Positions 40,840 to 54,600 of a stretch of 64,000 nt of DNA are shown in pieces. The position numbers and the translations under genes were made by a program. Every line of letters begins with the position of its first letter. Position 1 is the first letter of the stretch. Location: positions 387,252,001 to 387,316,000 of the forward strand of contig OZ024741.1 in assembly GCA_964016885.1 (NCBI GenBank), in the 5' to 3' direction. The notes beneath the pieces are model-generated. The model saw nothing but the letters and a program-made list of their open reading frames with translations, was not told the origin of the DNA and did not search any database. This stretch comes from Eledone cirrhosa (lineage: Eukaryota).

Positions 40840-43590
40840 CCAATAGAAAAAAACATTGGGTATATATCACTTCTAACTATTAATTTAAATATCTTATCTC
40901 CAAAAGACTATGAAAGCAAGCAAATACTGTTATTTATAGTTTAACTCATTTGTTAACTTATTTCTAATGAAAAACATTACCTATGATTTTCAAATAATTT
41001 TGAAAATAAGAATTTTGGAGGGATTTAGTAATATAACTAACTTTCTCATTATCTAGTGGTGTTTGAAGCAAAACTTATAAGTGTTTACCTAAAGTTAGGA
41101 TAGGGATGGAGGGGTTAGATAATTATAAGCAGTTTAGTATTGTAAAACCCGATAAGAAAAGGGTTAAAGGGGTTAATAATAGCTGTTAATATTTTGTGGT
41201 GAATTAACAGAATCATTAGAGTGTCAGACAAAATACTTTATTTAGTTACACGCTGAGTTTATATCAAATATGGTTGTCGCTGTCTTTCATCCTTCTGGGT
41301 GGAGCAAGGAGGATAAAATAAGTACTAGTTGAGTACTGGGGTCAATCTAGTCAACTATACCCATTCCTAAATTCAAGGCCTTGTGCCTATGTTTTTAGGG
41401 CCCCCTTCTGTCATACTTGACCATGAGTTTAGAACTGGGAAATTTGTTTTGTGGAAACCCAGAAGTAGCCATGCATGTACATTGCTCTTCTCTATTCCAC
41501 TGATGTCTAGAGAAAGGCAAAAGCTGATCAGCTTGGCAAAGTGATGCCACAAGCTAAGAATGCAAAAAAAAAAAAAAAAAATGATGCCATGAGGTATCAC
41601 ATCTGATGCTTTAATAAGTCCACCAATCCACCACCTTGGACAGGTACTTTTTTTTTTATTGACCACTAAAGGATGAAAGGCAATGTCGACTTCAGCGGTG
41701 TTTGAACTCAGAATGCAGAGAACTGGAACAGATATTGCAAGGCTTATTAATCCAATACTAACTAGGCCTATGTTAGTAATCTGTCATTTGTGGTTTAACA
41801 TGAAAATTGGAGTGAGTGTGTGTTTCTAAAACCAATCTCTGCCACTGAAACAGCCATCACTAAGACAAATAAATTAGCGTTGAATTTGTTATATGACATT
41901 GAGGTTTCCGACAATTGAATCTTTAGTGTTGTTCATTAAGAAAATGTAGGACCTCAGTTATATTTATTGTGGTTGTATTTCTAATGAAATACACCATCAT
42001 CAGCATTTAACGTCCACTTTTCCTACTAGCAAGATTTGGATAGGTACACATAGACCAAGTCAGTACTGAAGCAGGGCTACTGACCTCCCAGAGAAGCTGA
42101 GGAGTCTGCACCCTGCTTACATACAGTTATACATTCTATCAAGTGCAGAGGGGAAGTTTTCAGGTCTTTTGATACAAATTGAAGGGTCCTCCCAACCCTT
42201 TGTTTGGCAAGCTTTCTACAGCTGGATGCCTTTTCTATCACAAACCACTTTACAGCGTGAACTGGGTGCTTTTATTGTGTATTTCAATTATTTCATTGCT
42301 AAGATAATAATTTAACGGTTCTTACATAAAATTATGTTGGAAAATTTAAATTTAGATAAGAACTCTTTAAAATGGATCATTTTGTTTCATAGAACCACCA
42401 GAACCAGAGGCAGGGTTGACCAGGTTGGTATCATAAGGGTTAATTTTACTGAATAGTCTTCTAAAAGATTAAAAAAACCTTCAGTCACGAATAACAATGG
42501 GATTTTCACCTTGAAACTTCCCCTTTCCCAAAGCAAAGCCTGGGCAAGGTGTTATTGTGGAAGACCAGCTAAGTGAAATGGGGCAGTGTAAAATGAAGTA
42601 TCTTCTTCAAGGAAAAAAAACGTATCACCCAGTCTGGGAATCAAACTCACAACCTCATGATTATAAATCTGATGCTCTGACCACTAAGCCTTCACAAATA
42701 GTCTTCTACAGCTCTAATTAAGTATAAATCTCTAGCACAGTTTGATCAAAAAAATGATTCAATTCCCAACCTTGACAGTCCCATCTTGTCATGCATGTTG
42801 CCCTAAGATTTACAACTTAAAAAAATGAAAACCTCCTTTTAATCATATTAGGAAGTTTATTGAGATAGACATGGCTGCTGTTGTTTAGCTACAAGTCTGC
42901 TTTGATCAAAACATTCCAGCCACAACCATCCCATCTTATTTTCAGACAATGTATTTAAAACTACATTAGCCAATATGGCATCCTTTTTTTAAGTTGGTAA
43001 GCTGTGTGTTGAGGATGGAAATGTTGGTTACTATTTCTAGCAGGTCTAGGGGCTCCCACATTTACTTGTGATATTGATACAGTATTTTATACAAAATGGT
43101 TATTAATTCTTTTATTGATGTGTTTCATTTTTTTTTTTTTATATATCAAAAATTTTGATAGGGTTATTAAGTGAAGTAACAAGCTTTTCCATTATCAAAC
43201 TGGTGTTTGAATTATAATTTAACAAAGCATTCTTATAAAAAATGATGAAAGGTTTAAATAAAAGCACCCAGTTCACGCTGTAAAGTGGTTTGTGATAGAA
43301 AAATATAAACTAACTTATGGATGAATTAAAAGCTGAAGTCAAAATATTATAAACACAAAAAGGGTTCAGCTGATTTACTATTATGCCTTTCCATATAAAC
43401 TCAAATATAAGCCGATCCCTTCCCCTTATTTTATGAGAAATCATCAAAAATCCAAACCCCATTTATAAGCTGAAGTAGCTAATTAACAGATTTTGTTTAG
43501 ATGGCACAGTTTTGAAATTCTCATAGTGGAAAATATATTTCTGAAGTTTTAATATTTTGATATTCAAAATGTTTTAAGTGTCATTTGGAG

Positions 43591-43833
43591 CAGGGATGTC
43601 AAGCAGAGGGTCCTCCAAGGGCCACATAAGTCATATATGTCTTATCTGAGGGCCACACACGAAAACTAATTGTGCACATTACAACAAATTTTTTTAATTT
43701 TAAATTCATCATCATCGTTTAACGTGTATCTTCCACGCTAGCACGGGTACGAAGATAAAACATGCTCGCACTGTAAAAACCTTTGTGCAGGCTGCAGGTG
43801 TGCTTGTAAAGGGCCGCATGTTTGTAATGTCTG
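43591..43833. mobile_element. hAT (Charlie-type) MITE with 8 bp TSD
   Basis: CAGGGATGTCAA...TTGTAATGTCTG termini; flanks ATTTGGAG / ATTTAGAG. Confidence 0.75.
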
Positions 43834-43952
43834 ATTTAGAGTATAGTTTCCATTCCACAACTAAATTACAGAATTATTTTTTTTAACAATTTCCGACTGT
43901 TTTGAAGGCCGTAGTCATTCAAAACACATCAACAACAAGAAATGTGAATTTC

Positions 43953-44041
43953 CCTCCAAAGTGAAACCAGTGTAATATTCACCTCCAAAGTGAAACCGGT
44001 GTAATATTCACCTTCAAAGTGAAACCGGTGTAATATTCACC
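43953..44041. repeat. 29 bp tandem repeat x3
   Basis: CCTCCAAAGTGAAACCRGTGTAATATTCA. Confidence 0.9.
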
Positions 44042-45161
44042 CCAAATATAAGCCATTTTACCATCAATTTTTGTTGTCACATATTTCTTGGCGTATATAT
44101 AGTATATATGAGAAAATAAGTTATGCATTTGGACTTGTTATTGTTGTCTTGTTTCATAATATATCACTTTTTTCTTTATTATTATTTTTCAGATAGATGC
44201 TGAGGGCAAAATTAAGAACACTTTGGAATTAAACAACTGTTTAATAACTTTAGTATATTTAGAATTGTTGATATGATTTGAGCTGTAATTTTTGTTTTTT
44301 TGGAGACCTGAACTGTCAGTTGATGGAGCTCTTCTAAATACTCAATGTAAATAAAGTTTATCAAGATTTCATAGATTATTTATGGTGTAGGAAGATCAAT
44401 TTCAAAATAGAGTTTATAAACTTTTTTTTTTTTTTTTTTGACAGTTATCATTATAGTAACTTAATCAGACATAATAATTATAAAGCTTTTTTTATTTATT
44501 AGTAAATTAATTAATAATATTATTATTATATGATGTGTCTGTGTGTAACTTTAATGGTGAACTGCAGAATTGTTTGTTGCCAAACTATATATTGGTTGAT
44601 ACATTAAGATAAATCAAAGACAAATTCTCCTGTATTAAAAAAACAGTTTTATATATATACTATTTTACACGAATATCATTCTTGTATTTATGATTGGTAT
44701 TTATTTGTTAAGAATTAAAGAATGTGGAAGAAGAAAATTAAATTATTGAGAAGAAATGCTGATATTAGGTAATTTATGACATTGGTACAGAAAAAAATGA
44801 AATTATCATACACCTATATAACCTGTCACAAATTTCAATGACACAGCACGTAAAATTATATTTCTGTAAAACTATGCAAAATTCAAGGACACTTATCCTC
44901 TGTTTATACTGTTTTTCATTTTTTTAAATATATAACTGTCATGCATATTTCCATGTGATATTCTTTCAAAGCTGTCTCCTGCATATCAAAGCAGTCCAAA
45001 AGTTTAACACATATACCCCCTCTCTCTCAATAAAATAAATACCATTCAAATATTGGATATGATTTAATTGATTATTCCTTCTTCTAAAATGTGATCTTGT
45101 GCTTATGTTTGAAATCATTATTATATCTCTATTAAACAGCTGCAGAATCTACTACCAACTA

Positions 45162-45362
45162 TTTCTCTCCTCTCACTATTACACTGAGACAAAGGCCTCT
45201 GTTGTAAATCTTCAGGCAGCCATCGTCTTTCTCTCCTCTCACTATTACACTGAGACAAAGGCCTCTATTGTAAATCTGGAGGCAGCCATCGTCTTTCTCT
45301 CCTCTCACTATTACACTGAGACAAAGGCCTCTATTGTAAATCTGGAGGCAGCCATTGTCTTT
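45162..45362. repeat. 66 bp tandem repeat x3
   Basis: TTTCTCTCCTCTCACTATTACACTGAGACAAAGGCCTCT...GGCAGCCATCGTC. Confidence 0.92.
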
Positions 45363-47248
45363 TTCTAAATTCAATATTCATATATGTCTAGAGCCATTGC
45401 TTGGCTTGTAGAAACCAATTTTATAAGCAGGTATTTTGGAGGTTCTTCCAAAGAGTCCTTGGAGTAACATTACATGATAGTGTGTAGCTCGAAGATCAGT
45501 GAGTCACTCCAGGTAGAGCTGCTATTGAGAGATTCAGCTCCAATGTTATGGACATGTGGCTAGAATGTCTCAGGAAAAAATCACTGGACAGATTTTTACA
45601 AGCAAAACCAACTGGCAGGAGTCCCAGAGGTGGACCCTAAGCAAGATGGTTGGATAACATCCATGAGCTCAGTTACTCTTGCTTGCGGATGGTAGCTTCT
45701 GACAGGACCCACTGGAAGGAGTGTTTTAGGACTCTTCCCCCATGACTCTCTCAGGAATAAGTGGGCGAAGCAAAAGGTATTTTTAGTGCATAATAATCTA
45801 GTGTCACCATTACTCCACAAGTTCATAATAGTCCACATATTGCAAGAACCTCATTCTATGGAGGACCACTACCACGTTATTTGGCATCTTTGATGACTCC
45901 ACTGAATTATCAGTCTATAGTCCATCACTTGCCACATTCACCTCCCTGCTACCAAACACAATGTCCATAACTCTAGTCATGGGACCGATATGGAGAGCTA
46001 TCAACTAGAGCCACTTTATCCAAGAACTCACAACAAAAAAGGCCATTACTCCATCAACTAGCCAAATGTAATATTGGCAAAATTAAAAAAGTTGATCAGC
46101 TCGGACCAACTGTTATCATTGATCTATTCATTGCTGATACTATCTGCTGGTTTCAATTCATGGTATAAGGAATATGAAATAAAGTATTTTGCTCAAGAAC
46201 ACAACATACTGCCTGGTTTAGAAATTGAAACCACAACCTTATGACAGAGTTCAATACCCTAAACACTAGGCCACAAGCCTTCACTTCTGCAAGTGTTCCT
46301 TGAGGTTCAATTACCAAAAATGTACAAAACATTACACTTCCTTGGTTTTGAAGAACCATATCTGTAGTTTTCAATTAATAGTGATATATTTCTTCCCATC
46401 ATGTCACAAGATTCATTTATTTCAATTATTATTGTAATGTCCCACTCATTTGTTAGCAAATAAAAAACATTATTATTATTTTCTTAAAGTAAATAGGAGT
46501 GGACCTCATCAGATAAGACCAAGGGAAACAATGTTTCCATTGGTCTTACCAATTGCTAATACTATCTACTGGTTGCAACTCCTAACAGAAGGAGCAGCAT
46601 AAAATAAAGTCTTGCTCAAGGACATAATGTATGGCCTTGCCCAGGTATCAAACTCACAACCTCATGATTGTGGATCCAATTCTCTAACCACAAAGCCACA
46701 TGCCTTTTAGTAATTTTGACAGAAATTGAAAGGAAGCTCGTTGTATAAGTGTATATGGGCATGTGTATATAAGTTGCCTTAAAAGTCATACCAACCCTGT
46801 TTGTAAAAGCTAGCAGTGACATTATGACCTGCAACATAACAGTTCGATGATATGATATGATATAGTCCTGTGACTCCTGATGGAGTTGTAGGAGTGCTGC
46901 TAGGGTATTTTAAGTCTGAAGCCCATCCCTCTCCAGATCTGAACACAGCAGATTCCTTCCAGAGAAGGATTGAAAGTGAAAATGAGAAAGAGATATAGAG
47001 GAAGAAAACGACCCAGTACTAAACTCGAAAGGATGAAAGACAAAGTTGATTTCAGTGGGATTTGAACTGAGAGAGTAGAGAGCCAGAAGAATCGACCCCC
47101 AGTACTAGACAGGTACTAGGATGAAAGGCAAAGTTGAACTCAGAGAGCTAGAACGAATACCATAAAGCATTCTATCCAATGTTCTAACAACTCTGCCAAT
47201 TCGCCACCTCACACAGCCTCTCCTCTCAATCCATAATTTTATATATAT

Positions 47249-47955
47249 GCTAGCAGAATGGCCCGGCGTTGCTCGGGATTCTAAACATAGATTGGCATGT
47301 TTATCCCTCCTTTCTGAAAGTTTTGTTGTATGTTCACCAATTGATGCAGAAGTCCTAATAAAACGTGAAGTCGCCTTGGGTGAATAGGCAAATAATTTTC
47401 CATTAAGATTTTTCAGAAGCATGTAATTACGTTCCCTCTCTTTTTTGTTGTTGTTGCTGTCGAGCCTCATGAAATAAATAGGTTTGTTTATATTTTGTTA
47501 TTGTGTATGCAAAAATATCTGTACATGAATATATAATTATATATATATAAAAATAACAGATTAAAGTTTAAGCAAAGAATCGTTGCTTTCACTCTTAACA
47601 GGATCTTCTGAAACTAAAAAAATCAATCTGTGAACGCAGAAGTAAATATTTTGATAAACATTACACACTATATATACATATATACACACACACACATAGT
47701 GTCATAATGTCGTAATGCAGACAGCCAGACAGATATTATAAGAGCGCGACGTTATATCTATGTATCTATCTAAAAGATAGAGAGATCGCTAAATCGCCTA
47801 ATGCGGTCCCTAGGACATTGAAAATTTGAAATATTCTTTGCTCAAAACACACACGACCATAAGTATTACATGTGTAAAGTTTGAAAAAAATTGGTTGGGT
47901 GGTTCTCGAGTTTTAGGGAGTCAGACAGACATTCTCTGTTTTAGATATGTAGATA
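47249..47955 (+). mobile_element. Helitron/Helentron-like non-autonomous element in TA context
   Basis: 5' CTAGCAGAATGGCCCGGCGTTGCTCGGG; 3' cagacagacattctctgttttagatatgtagat. Confidence 0.7.
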
Positions 47956-48414
47956 TATTTACACACACACACACATATATTATATATATAAACTTTAAAA
48001 AATTAACGAAGAGGGGACAAGACTGATTGGAAACAAAACAAAATATTTTTTTTTAAATGTTTAAGGGGAAACCTTAAAATTACTTTTAAAAAATAAAAAT
48101 ACAAACAAAGGACAGAACTCCATGGTCATCAGCTGTTGAGATGGACTTTGTCAGCTTCAACTCCTACCAACGGGACTGCTGGTCCACCCAGGGTCACAGC
48201 ATTTGATAAGCCAAACGCTGTCCAGTGGAGTAAGACAAGAGACAAAACATTAATATATAGCAATAAAGCTAAGTACACAGAATTTTGTGTAACGTCAATA
48301 TATATCATCATTTTTCCACGCTGTAATGGGTTAGACGAGTTATCCTCTGGTGAGCAATGCCAAGTCAGGTGACCATGTCTTGCTCGTACAGAACCGATTT
48401 TTGGCTTGGTTTCT

Positions 48415-49885
48415 ACAGAAACTATTTCATCTGTCAATTGTTGTTCTATAGACAGTATGGCAAGCTTTCTCAAGGTGCTCATAGTAGATCTTAAGGAATT
48501 CTTGATAAGTTTTAGTCTTGAAAAACTCTTCTCATAGGTAGCAACACTAACAGCAATTGTGAGGAAAATCCGCAGCATTATTACTATTTTGGAACCAAGT
48601 TCCCAAAGTTATACTTTTGAATAAACAGCAAAAGTTCAAGGGGGCCTTCTTTCCATGTCTTACACTCTTTAACAGCAGCAACAGCAATAACATGCTGAAG
48701 TCTTTTTCTCGTAACTAGGAACTCCTCTTTATCAAATTCATTGTGATTGTAATCTATTTGTCACTCATATTTATCATCAAAAAGATTCAATGGGGTAAGG
48801 AAGACATATTTCTCAGCAACTTCATGAAGCTGTTGAAATCTTAAAGTTATTTCTTGGATCACTCTGTCCAGGGAAGAAAACATTTCTCTTCTCAATTCAA
48901 TGTCGTATAGCAATTTAACATCTTGTAATCCTTTACCAAATATTTGTTACTTCTTTTTGGGTCAACGCTGACGCTCCATGACTATCCCCAGATCATTGCA
49001 AATTTCTTTCGCACATTTAACTCCATTACTCACTAGCTTGTCCCTGTTTTCAGCTAGAAATGTTTCTAATGCCCTGAGTTTTATATCACATTGTTGTATG
49101 TTCAATCCTTTGGTTTGGAGGGAAGTCTGTGTGTCATTAATTTCTAGAAAGGACGTGTCTCCACAGGCCAAGAAAGCACAAAAAGTAAAATGATTGCAAC
49201 ATACCAAGTAGAACACCAACATCTGTCCTTGTAGCTGTATTTTCTTCTTCACCAGTTCACTGTATTTTCTTCTTCGCTAGGACACTTAAGATTTTTAAGA
49301 AATGTTTCTTTACAACACTTACATCTTCCCCCCCCCTTGCATTCCACCAACTTTCTGTTATACGCTTGACACTGACCAGTGACTCAAGTTAGAACATCCC
49401 AGCGATGGGTAGATGAGGAAAAAATTACAAACAAACATCCCACACTTCCAACAGAAGCTGCATGAACACCCGCCAAATTCAGGGAGTGATTTGTACAAGC
49501 GACAAATTCTGCTTTTTTACTAATTTCTTTTATACATTTCTGAACACCAGTATATAGACCAGCCATCACTGCAGCATTAACGTATGCTTGCTCTCTTTTG
49601 AATATCAATTCTGTCTTTCTCTAATTTTTCCAAAATCATCATTGAAATATTCTCGGTTGTTTTACCTTTTGTTTCAATGAAATCAACAAATGAATCCAGA
49701 ACCGTCACTTTATCTCCATTGATCATAACATAGCGTAAAACCTGGCTCATTTGATTTTTATGTGAAATATCAGGAGTGTTGTTGAATATCATGAAAATGT
49801 ACTTGGCTTCTTTTACTTGCTTGATGACTTTACGTCTAATGTTTTCTCCCAAAATTTCTATAAACTCATTCTAAATAGTCATTAT
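48415..49885 (-). mobile_element. Defective hAT transposon, inverted relative of 11015-12742
   Basis: TPDISHKNQMSQVLRYV, CTNHSLNL, LRIFLTIAVSVATYEKSFSRLKLIKN; near-identical to the upstream copy. Confidence 0.9.
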
Positions 49886-50289
49886 CTAGATAGTGGATTG
49901 TTATTTATTTATTTATTTATATTTTTTTTTAAACTAAAATTATTTACTGACCACAATGAATACATACAATAGTTTTTTTTGTTTTTTTTTCCCTCGGGGC
50001 CATGATTGTGTGTGGACGTGTCTGTGATCGTGAGCGAGAGAGGTTCTATTGTCCTCAGTCGAATGTAAGTCACGTGGACATCGGCGCAATGGACAGTGGA
50101 CGATTCGGTCTGTAGTAAATTGGAGATGGAAGGGAGGAGCTCCACAGATGTCCTCTGTTTAGTGAGACAGTTACAAGAGAAATTCCGAGCCAAGAAGGAA
50201 GGTAACAACAACAGTGACAATAACAACGACCCCGCATATTTGGTGAAAGAAGGCATTCGAGCCCCAGCAACCAACTTCTCTTTTATCTT

Positions 50290-51475
50290 GTCTTCTGTCA
50301 CCTCCATATCTGATGTAGGTGAGCTATGAGGCCTCACTCATACCAACACTTTCCCTTCCACCCATGTACAATTGTGCCTAGCACCTAGACTGGTGACAAC
50401 CAGCCACTCACCTCTGATGCTGCTTGGTGCCCCAGTCCCCCGCTCCACGCCCCATCCTCCATCTCCACCAGTCGACATCTGCAGCAGTTGTAGCACCAGG
50501 AACAGATGGAAGAGGAGCTGGAACTGTTTGGGGTGCGGCTGCTTCCACCACCTCACCTGTGTTGGCTTGACGCGTCGAGCTTCCAATGCCCTCGCAGCGT
50601 GGAGATGCAGAAACTGTCTCTTCCCCTCGTCTGACCAGCCACGGCCGTCTGGCACTCCGCCAGGTGAGACAGCGAATTGCCTGATGCCCCAGCCTCGCTG
50701 GTCAACATCGCTCGGCTCAGGCAGCTCCGGAAGATTCCACTCAGGATCCTGAGAGCGGCCCAGGTGCCGGTAGCCGATGCCCTCGCTTCCTCAATCAAGA
50801 GTGCTCTGGACTCCAATTGAACCAGCGACTGGGAGCGCCTCTTCTATTTCGCCCCATTCACCCTTGGCTTCCCCAACTCAGGCTGTTGTCCACAGGCCGC
50901 CTCGGTCAGCGCCATTGTCAAGGCCAATGTTTCATCCTTTGGGCAAGTGCCCATTCCAAGCGTGCCGAAGGATGCCACAACCCCTGCTCTTGGGTGCCTC
51001 CAATCCTCTACCCCTGAGGCCAGCGCCAAGCATTTGCATGACCGCATAAACGCTAAACTTATCATTGGTGATGTCTTGGCAACAGTCAGAGTGGTTGCCT
51101 CAGAGGACATTGTCCTCCAACCCACCGAGGACACTGTCCTCCAACCCACCGAGGAGGTCCTGGCTGCCCTGCGACTCAAGCGTTCCGAGCAACCCACTAA
51201 CTTCAGACCCATACCCCCACCTGCTCCTTGTGGCTTCCGACACAGACATCATGTCTGCCATCAAGTGCTTCCCAGCTAGCAGCAGCAGAAGTGCTGATGG
51301 TTTCCGACCAGGCCACCTCAGGGAGTTGCTATCCCCCCTCTCCGCTGAGGCCGGGTGTCGCCTTCTGAGTGCAATTGTGGCACTCACCAATAGGATATCC
51401 ATGGCGCCCTGAATCATCACACCCAAGGCCTCTTTTTTTTAGCTAGCTTGTCCACTCTCAGGAAGAAAGAGGTGG
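50290..51475 (+). mobile_element. CRE-like retrotransposon 5' portion with a PHD finger
   Basis: CSSC...CLGCGCFHHLTC...WRCRNC (C4HC3), followed by INAKLIIGDV...ASED and AIKCFPASSSRSADGFRPGHLRELL (pre-RT/domain-0 motif, as at 5160-5420). Confidence 0.8.
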
Positions 51476-51624
51476 TCTAAGGTGGTCTGCAGGTCCATAA
51501 CACCTCTCTTCCTGTTGAGGAACCCAGCTATTTTATGTCTACATACAACAGGAGGAACATAATAGTACCTAAGGATTTTACCAACTCTTAAATTAAGGTA
51601 AAATCCTAGGATTTTACCAACGCT

Positions 51625-54600
51625 TAAATTGAGGTCATGGCTAAACCTATGGAAAGGCACTAGTGAAGTCATAGATTGGTTCAATAATATCAAAAATAAA
51701 AATAATTATAAATTCATTCAAATGGACATAACTAGTTATTATTCCTCGATAACTCCTAATCTTTTAAATAAGGCGTTATCATATGCATATAAACATACGG
51801 ACTTATCTAGTGATGAGATAAATATTATATTAACAGCAAGACGAACTTTGATTTATTTTAATAATTGTTTCTACATTTGGCACAAGGCCAGCAATTAACC
51901 AGTACATTACTGGTACTTTATTTTATCGACCCCGTAAGGATGAAAGGCAAAGTTAATGATCTTTGGACTAGATCAGATAGACAGAAGAATTTTGACATTA
52001 CTATGGGTTCGTCTGATTCGGCGCAAGTTATGGATCTTGTGGGAATTTTTATCCTTAACATTATAAATAGAAAACTGCCAGAGATTACTGGTGGTTTATA
52101 TAGAGACGACATACTATTTATTGTAGAAAAACATAATAATAGTGAATTAAATAGAGTAAAAAAAGTAATTATAGAATTTTTTTAAATTATGACCTGAAAT
52201 TAGAAGTAGAAAATAATAACAAAATAGTTAATTTTTTAGACATGACTCTTAATTTGAACTCAGGCCTTTATTATCCTTTCCATAAACTCAATGAGAATTT
52301 AAATTATGTTAGTTTTTATTCTAATCATCCTAAAAGTGTTAAGAATGCAATAGTCAACAGTGTACAACTACAAATATCCAGGCTATCTGCTAATAGATCC
52401 ATATTTAATAGTAAGGCTGTATATTATAATGAAGTGTTACATAAAGCTGGATATAACAATAATATTGAGTATATAGGAAAAAATACTGAAAATAATATTA
52501 ATTATAATCACACTAATCATAATAAAAATGAATATAAAAACAACAACTTGAGGAATAAATCAGGGAAAAAAAACAAGAACTAGATCTATAATTTGGTATG
52601 CTCCGCCAGCATCTTTAGCTATTAAAAGACCGGTAGCACACTTATTTTTTAAAGCCCTGGATAAATGCTTCCCTAGGTCACATAAATATTATTCTATTTT
52701 CAATAGACACACAGTTAAACTTTCTTATTCAACAACTATGAATATTGCTCAAAATATAGCAAAAATAAATAGTAAAAATCTTATTTTGAACCAACATATA
52801 ATTAGCAATAATAACAATAATAATAACAATACATTAGTTAACGAGAATAACAATAATAGTTTAAATGTGAATAATAGTAGAACACCTGTAAACAATAATG
52901 TGAATAGTTTAAGGTCTGGAAATAACATTGAGAAGAAATGTAATTGTAGAAAGAAGTCCGAATGCCCTTTACAAAATAATTGCCTTGACAGGAATATAGT
53001 ATATAAATGTACTATTAAGACAAATAATAATATATATAACTATATTGGTGCCACTTCATCTAAATTTAAGGAACGTTGGTATAATCACAGACAGTCTTTT
53101 ACTAAACCAGATAAGAAATTTTCAACTTCACTTTCACAATTAATATGGTCTTTAAAGGACAATAATACTAAATACTCCATCTTTTGGACCAAGTTAAAGA
53201 AAACCAATTCCTATCAGAACGCAACTATTTCGCAAAATTGCAATCTTTGTAACTTCGAGACTCTACAGATAATTACAAATTATGACAATTTAATCAACAA
53301 AAAAAGACGAATTATTCAGTAGCTGTCACCATAAAATTGGTAAAACTTTCCAAGCATTGTACAAGTTTCGAAAAAATATTGTCAATTAATAATTTGATAT
53401 ATATATATGCTTTTGCCTTATTGTGGTAATAAGTTATTTATATGTATTAGAATTATTTCATTAAGAGTCTCGTTATCCTATGCTTTAATTAGGATAGTTC
53501 AATATTTAACTACACATCTTTTATGACATTTGCAATAGATGATTTATGGTATTCAAAATATCACGGAATGTGTGAGTAGAGATATGTTATAAATGTTTAT
53601 ATGGTGAATGAGTTATCTTCCTTTTGTTTACATTGTCCGTAAACATTTCCTTTCTTTTTGACTAGCTTATATTAGTTTTGAAATATGTAGACTAATAATA
53701 TACAGACTATCATTAAAATGAAACTATATATCAAAATAAGTAAATACAGAAGTAAATATAACCTTTCATTAAATTAATGAAATTAAACTTTTGGGAGTAA
53801 ATGTAACTGCAGTTTAATCCTAGAAATTAAATGAAAATTAAAGAATAGTGAAGATTTTATAAAGAGAATATCATAATTAAATAATTTGAGTAATATAGGA
53901 TCTAAATATATTATATGTATTGATGCTGATTTAAGTATGGTATTAGATTTTAATGCATATGTAATAATTATTTAAATACGCTTTAAAAATTAATTCTTTT
54001 AAAGTTGTAACTAAATATTTATATCTTACCTTAAAATTAATAATCTATAATGAGTTAAATTAAATTACATAAATTTTTAATTAAATGATATATGTGATTG
54101 CTATAGAAAATAATCTATACTGATTAATAATTGATATAATATATAAGTATAATTAGCTAATGCATAATCAAATACTAAAGATATTCAATTGTTTAGTTGA
54201 ATTGATTGGATATCCTATTCGATCTAGCATTTGAAAACAACGGTTTTTTTCTATATATCCCTCTATTTGATGCTTCCTTTATTTTCTTTAGCCTCCTCTG
54301 TTCCTTTTACTTTCCTTACACTTTCCATCTTTTGTCGTTATTACGCTTTTCTTTTTTATATATTTCTTTTACTCATTCATTCTTTGATTTATTTATTATG
54401 TATTTATTTTTTTTCTTGCCTTTCCTCCTATTTACACCCTCTCTCATATCTCTAATTTGCTCTACGTCCTTTTCTTCTTTAAGTTTATCATATTATTTGT
54501 GGTATATAAACATTGAGATTTGATGAAATAAATCACTGCCAATACTGGAATTGTATAATCAAGACCGTAGCGGTATGTCATATATCAAATCATATATTTT

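Noticed and set aside
45099-45374. ORFs with 22-aa repeats
   Set aside because: Translation of a 66 bp tandem repeat that is open on both strands; no recognisable domain or splice context.
51625-53345. Selenocysteine-recoding (Naiad-type) PLE
   Set aside because: The endonuclease is C-terminal rather than N-terminal, and the interruptions look like frameshifts, TAA/TAG stops and a SINE insertion rather than UGA at Cys positions.
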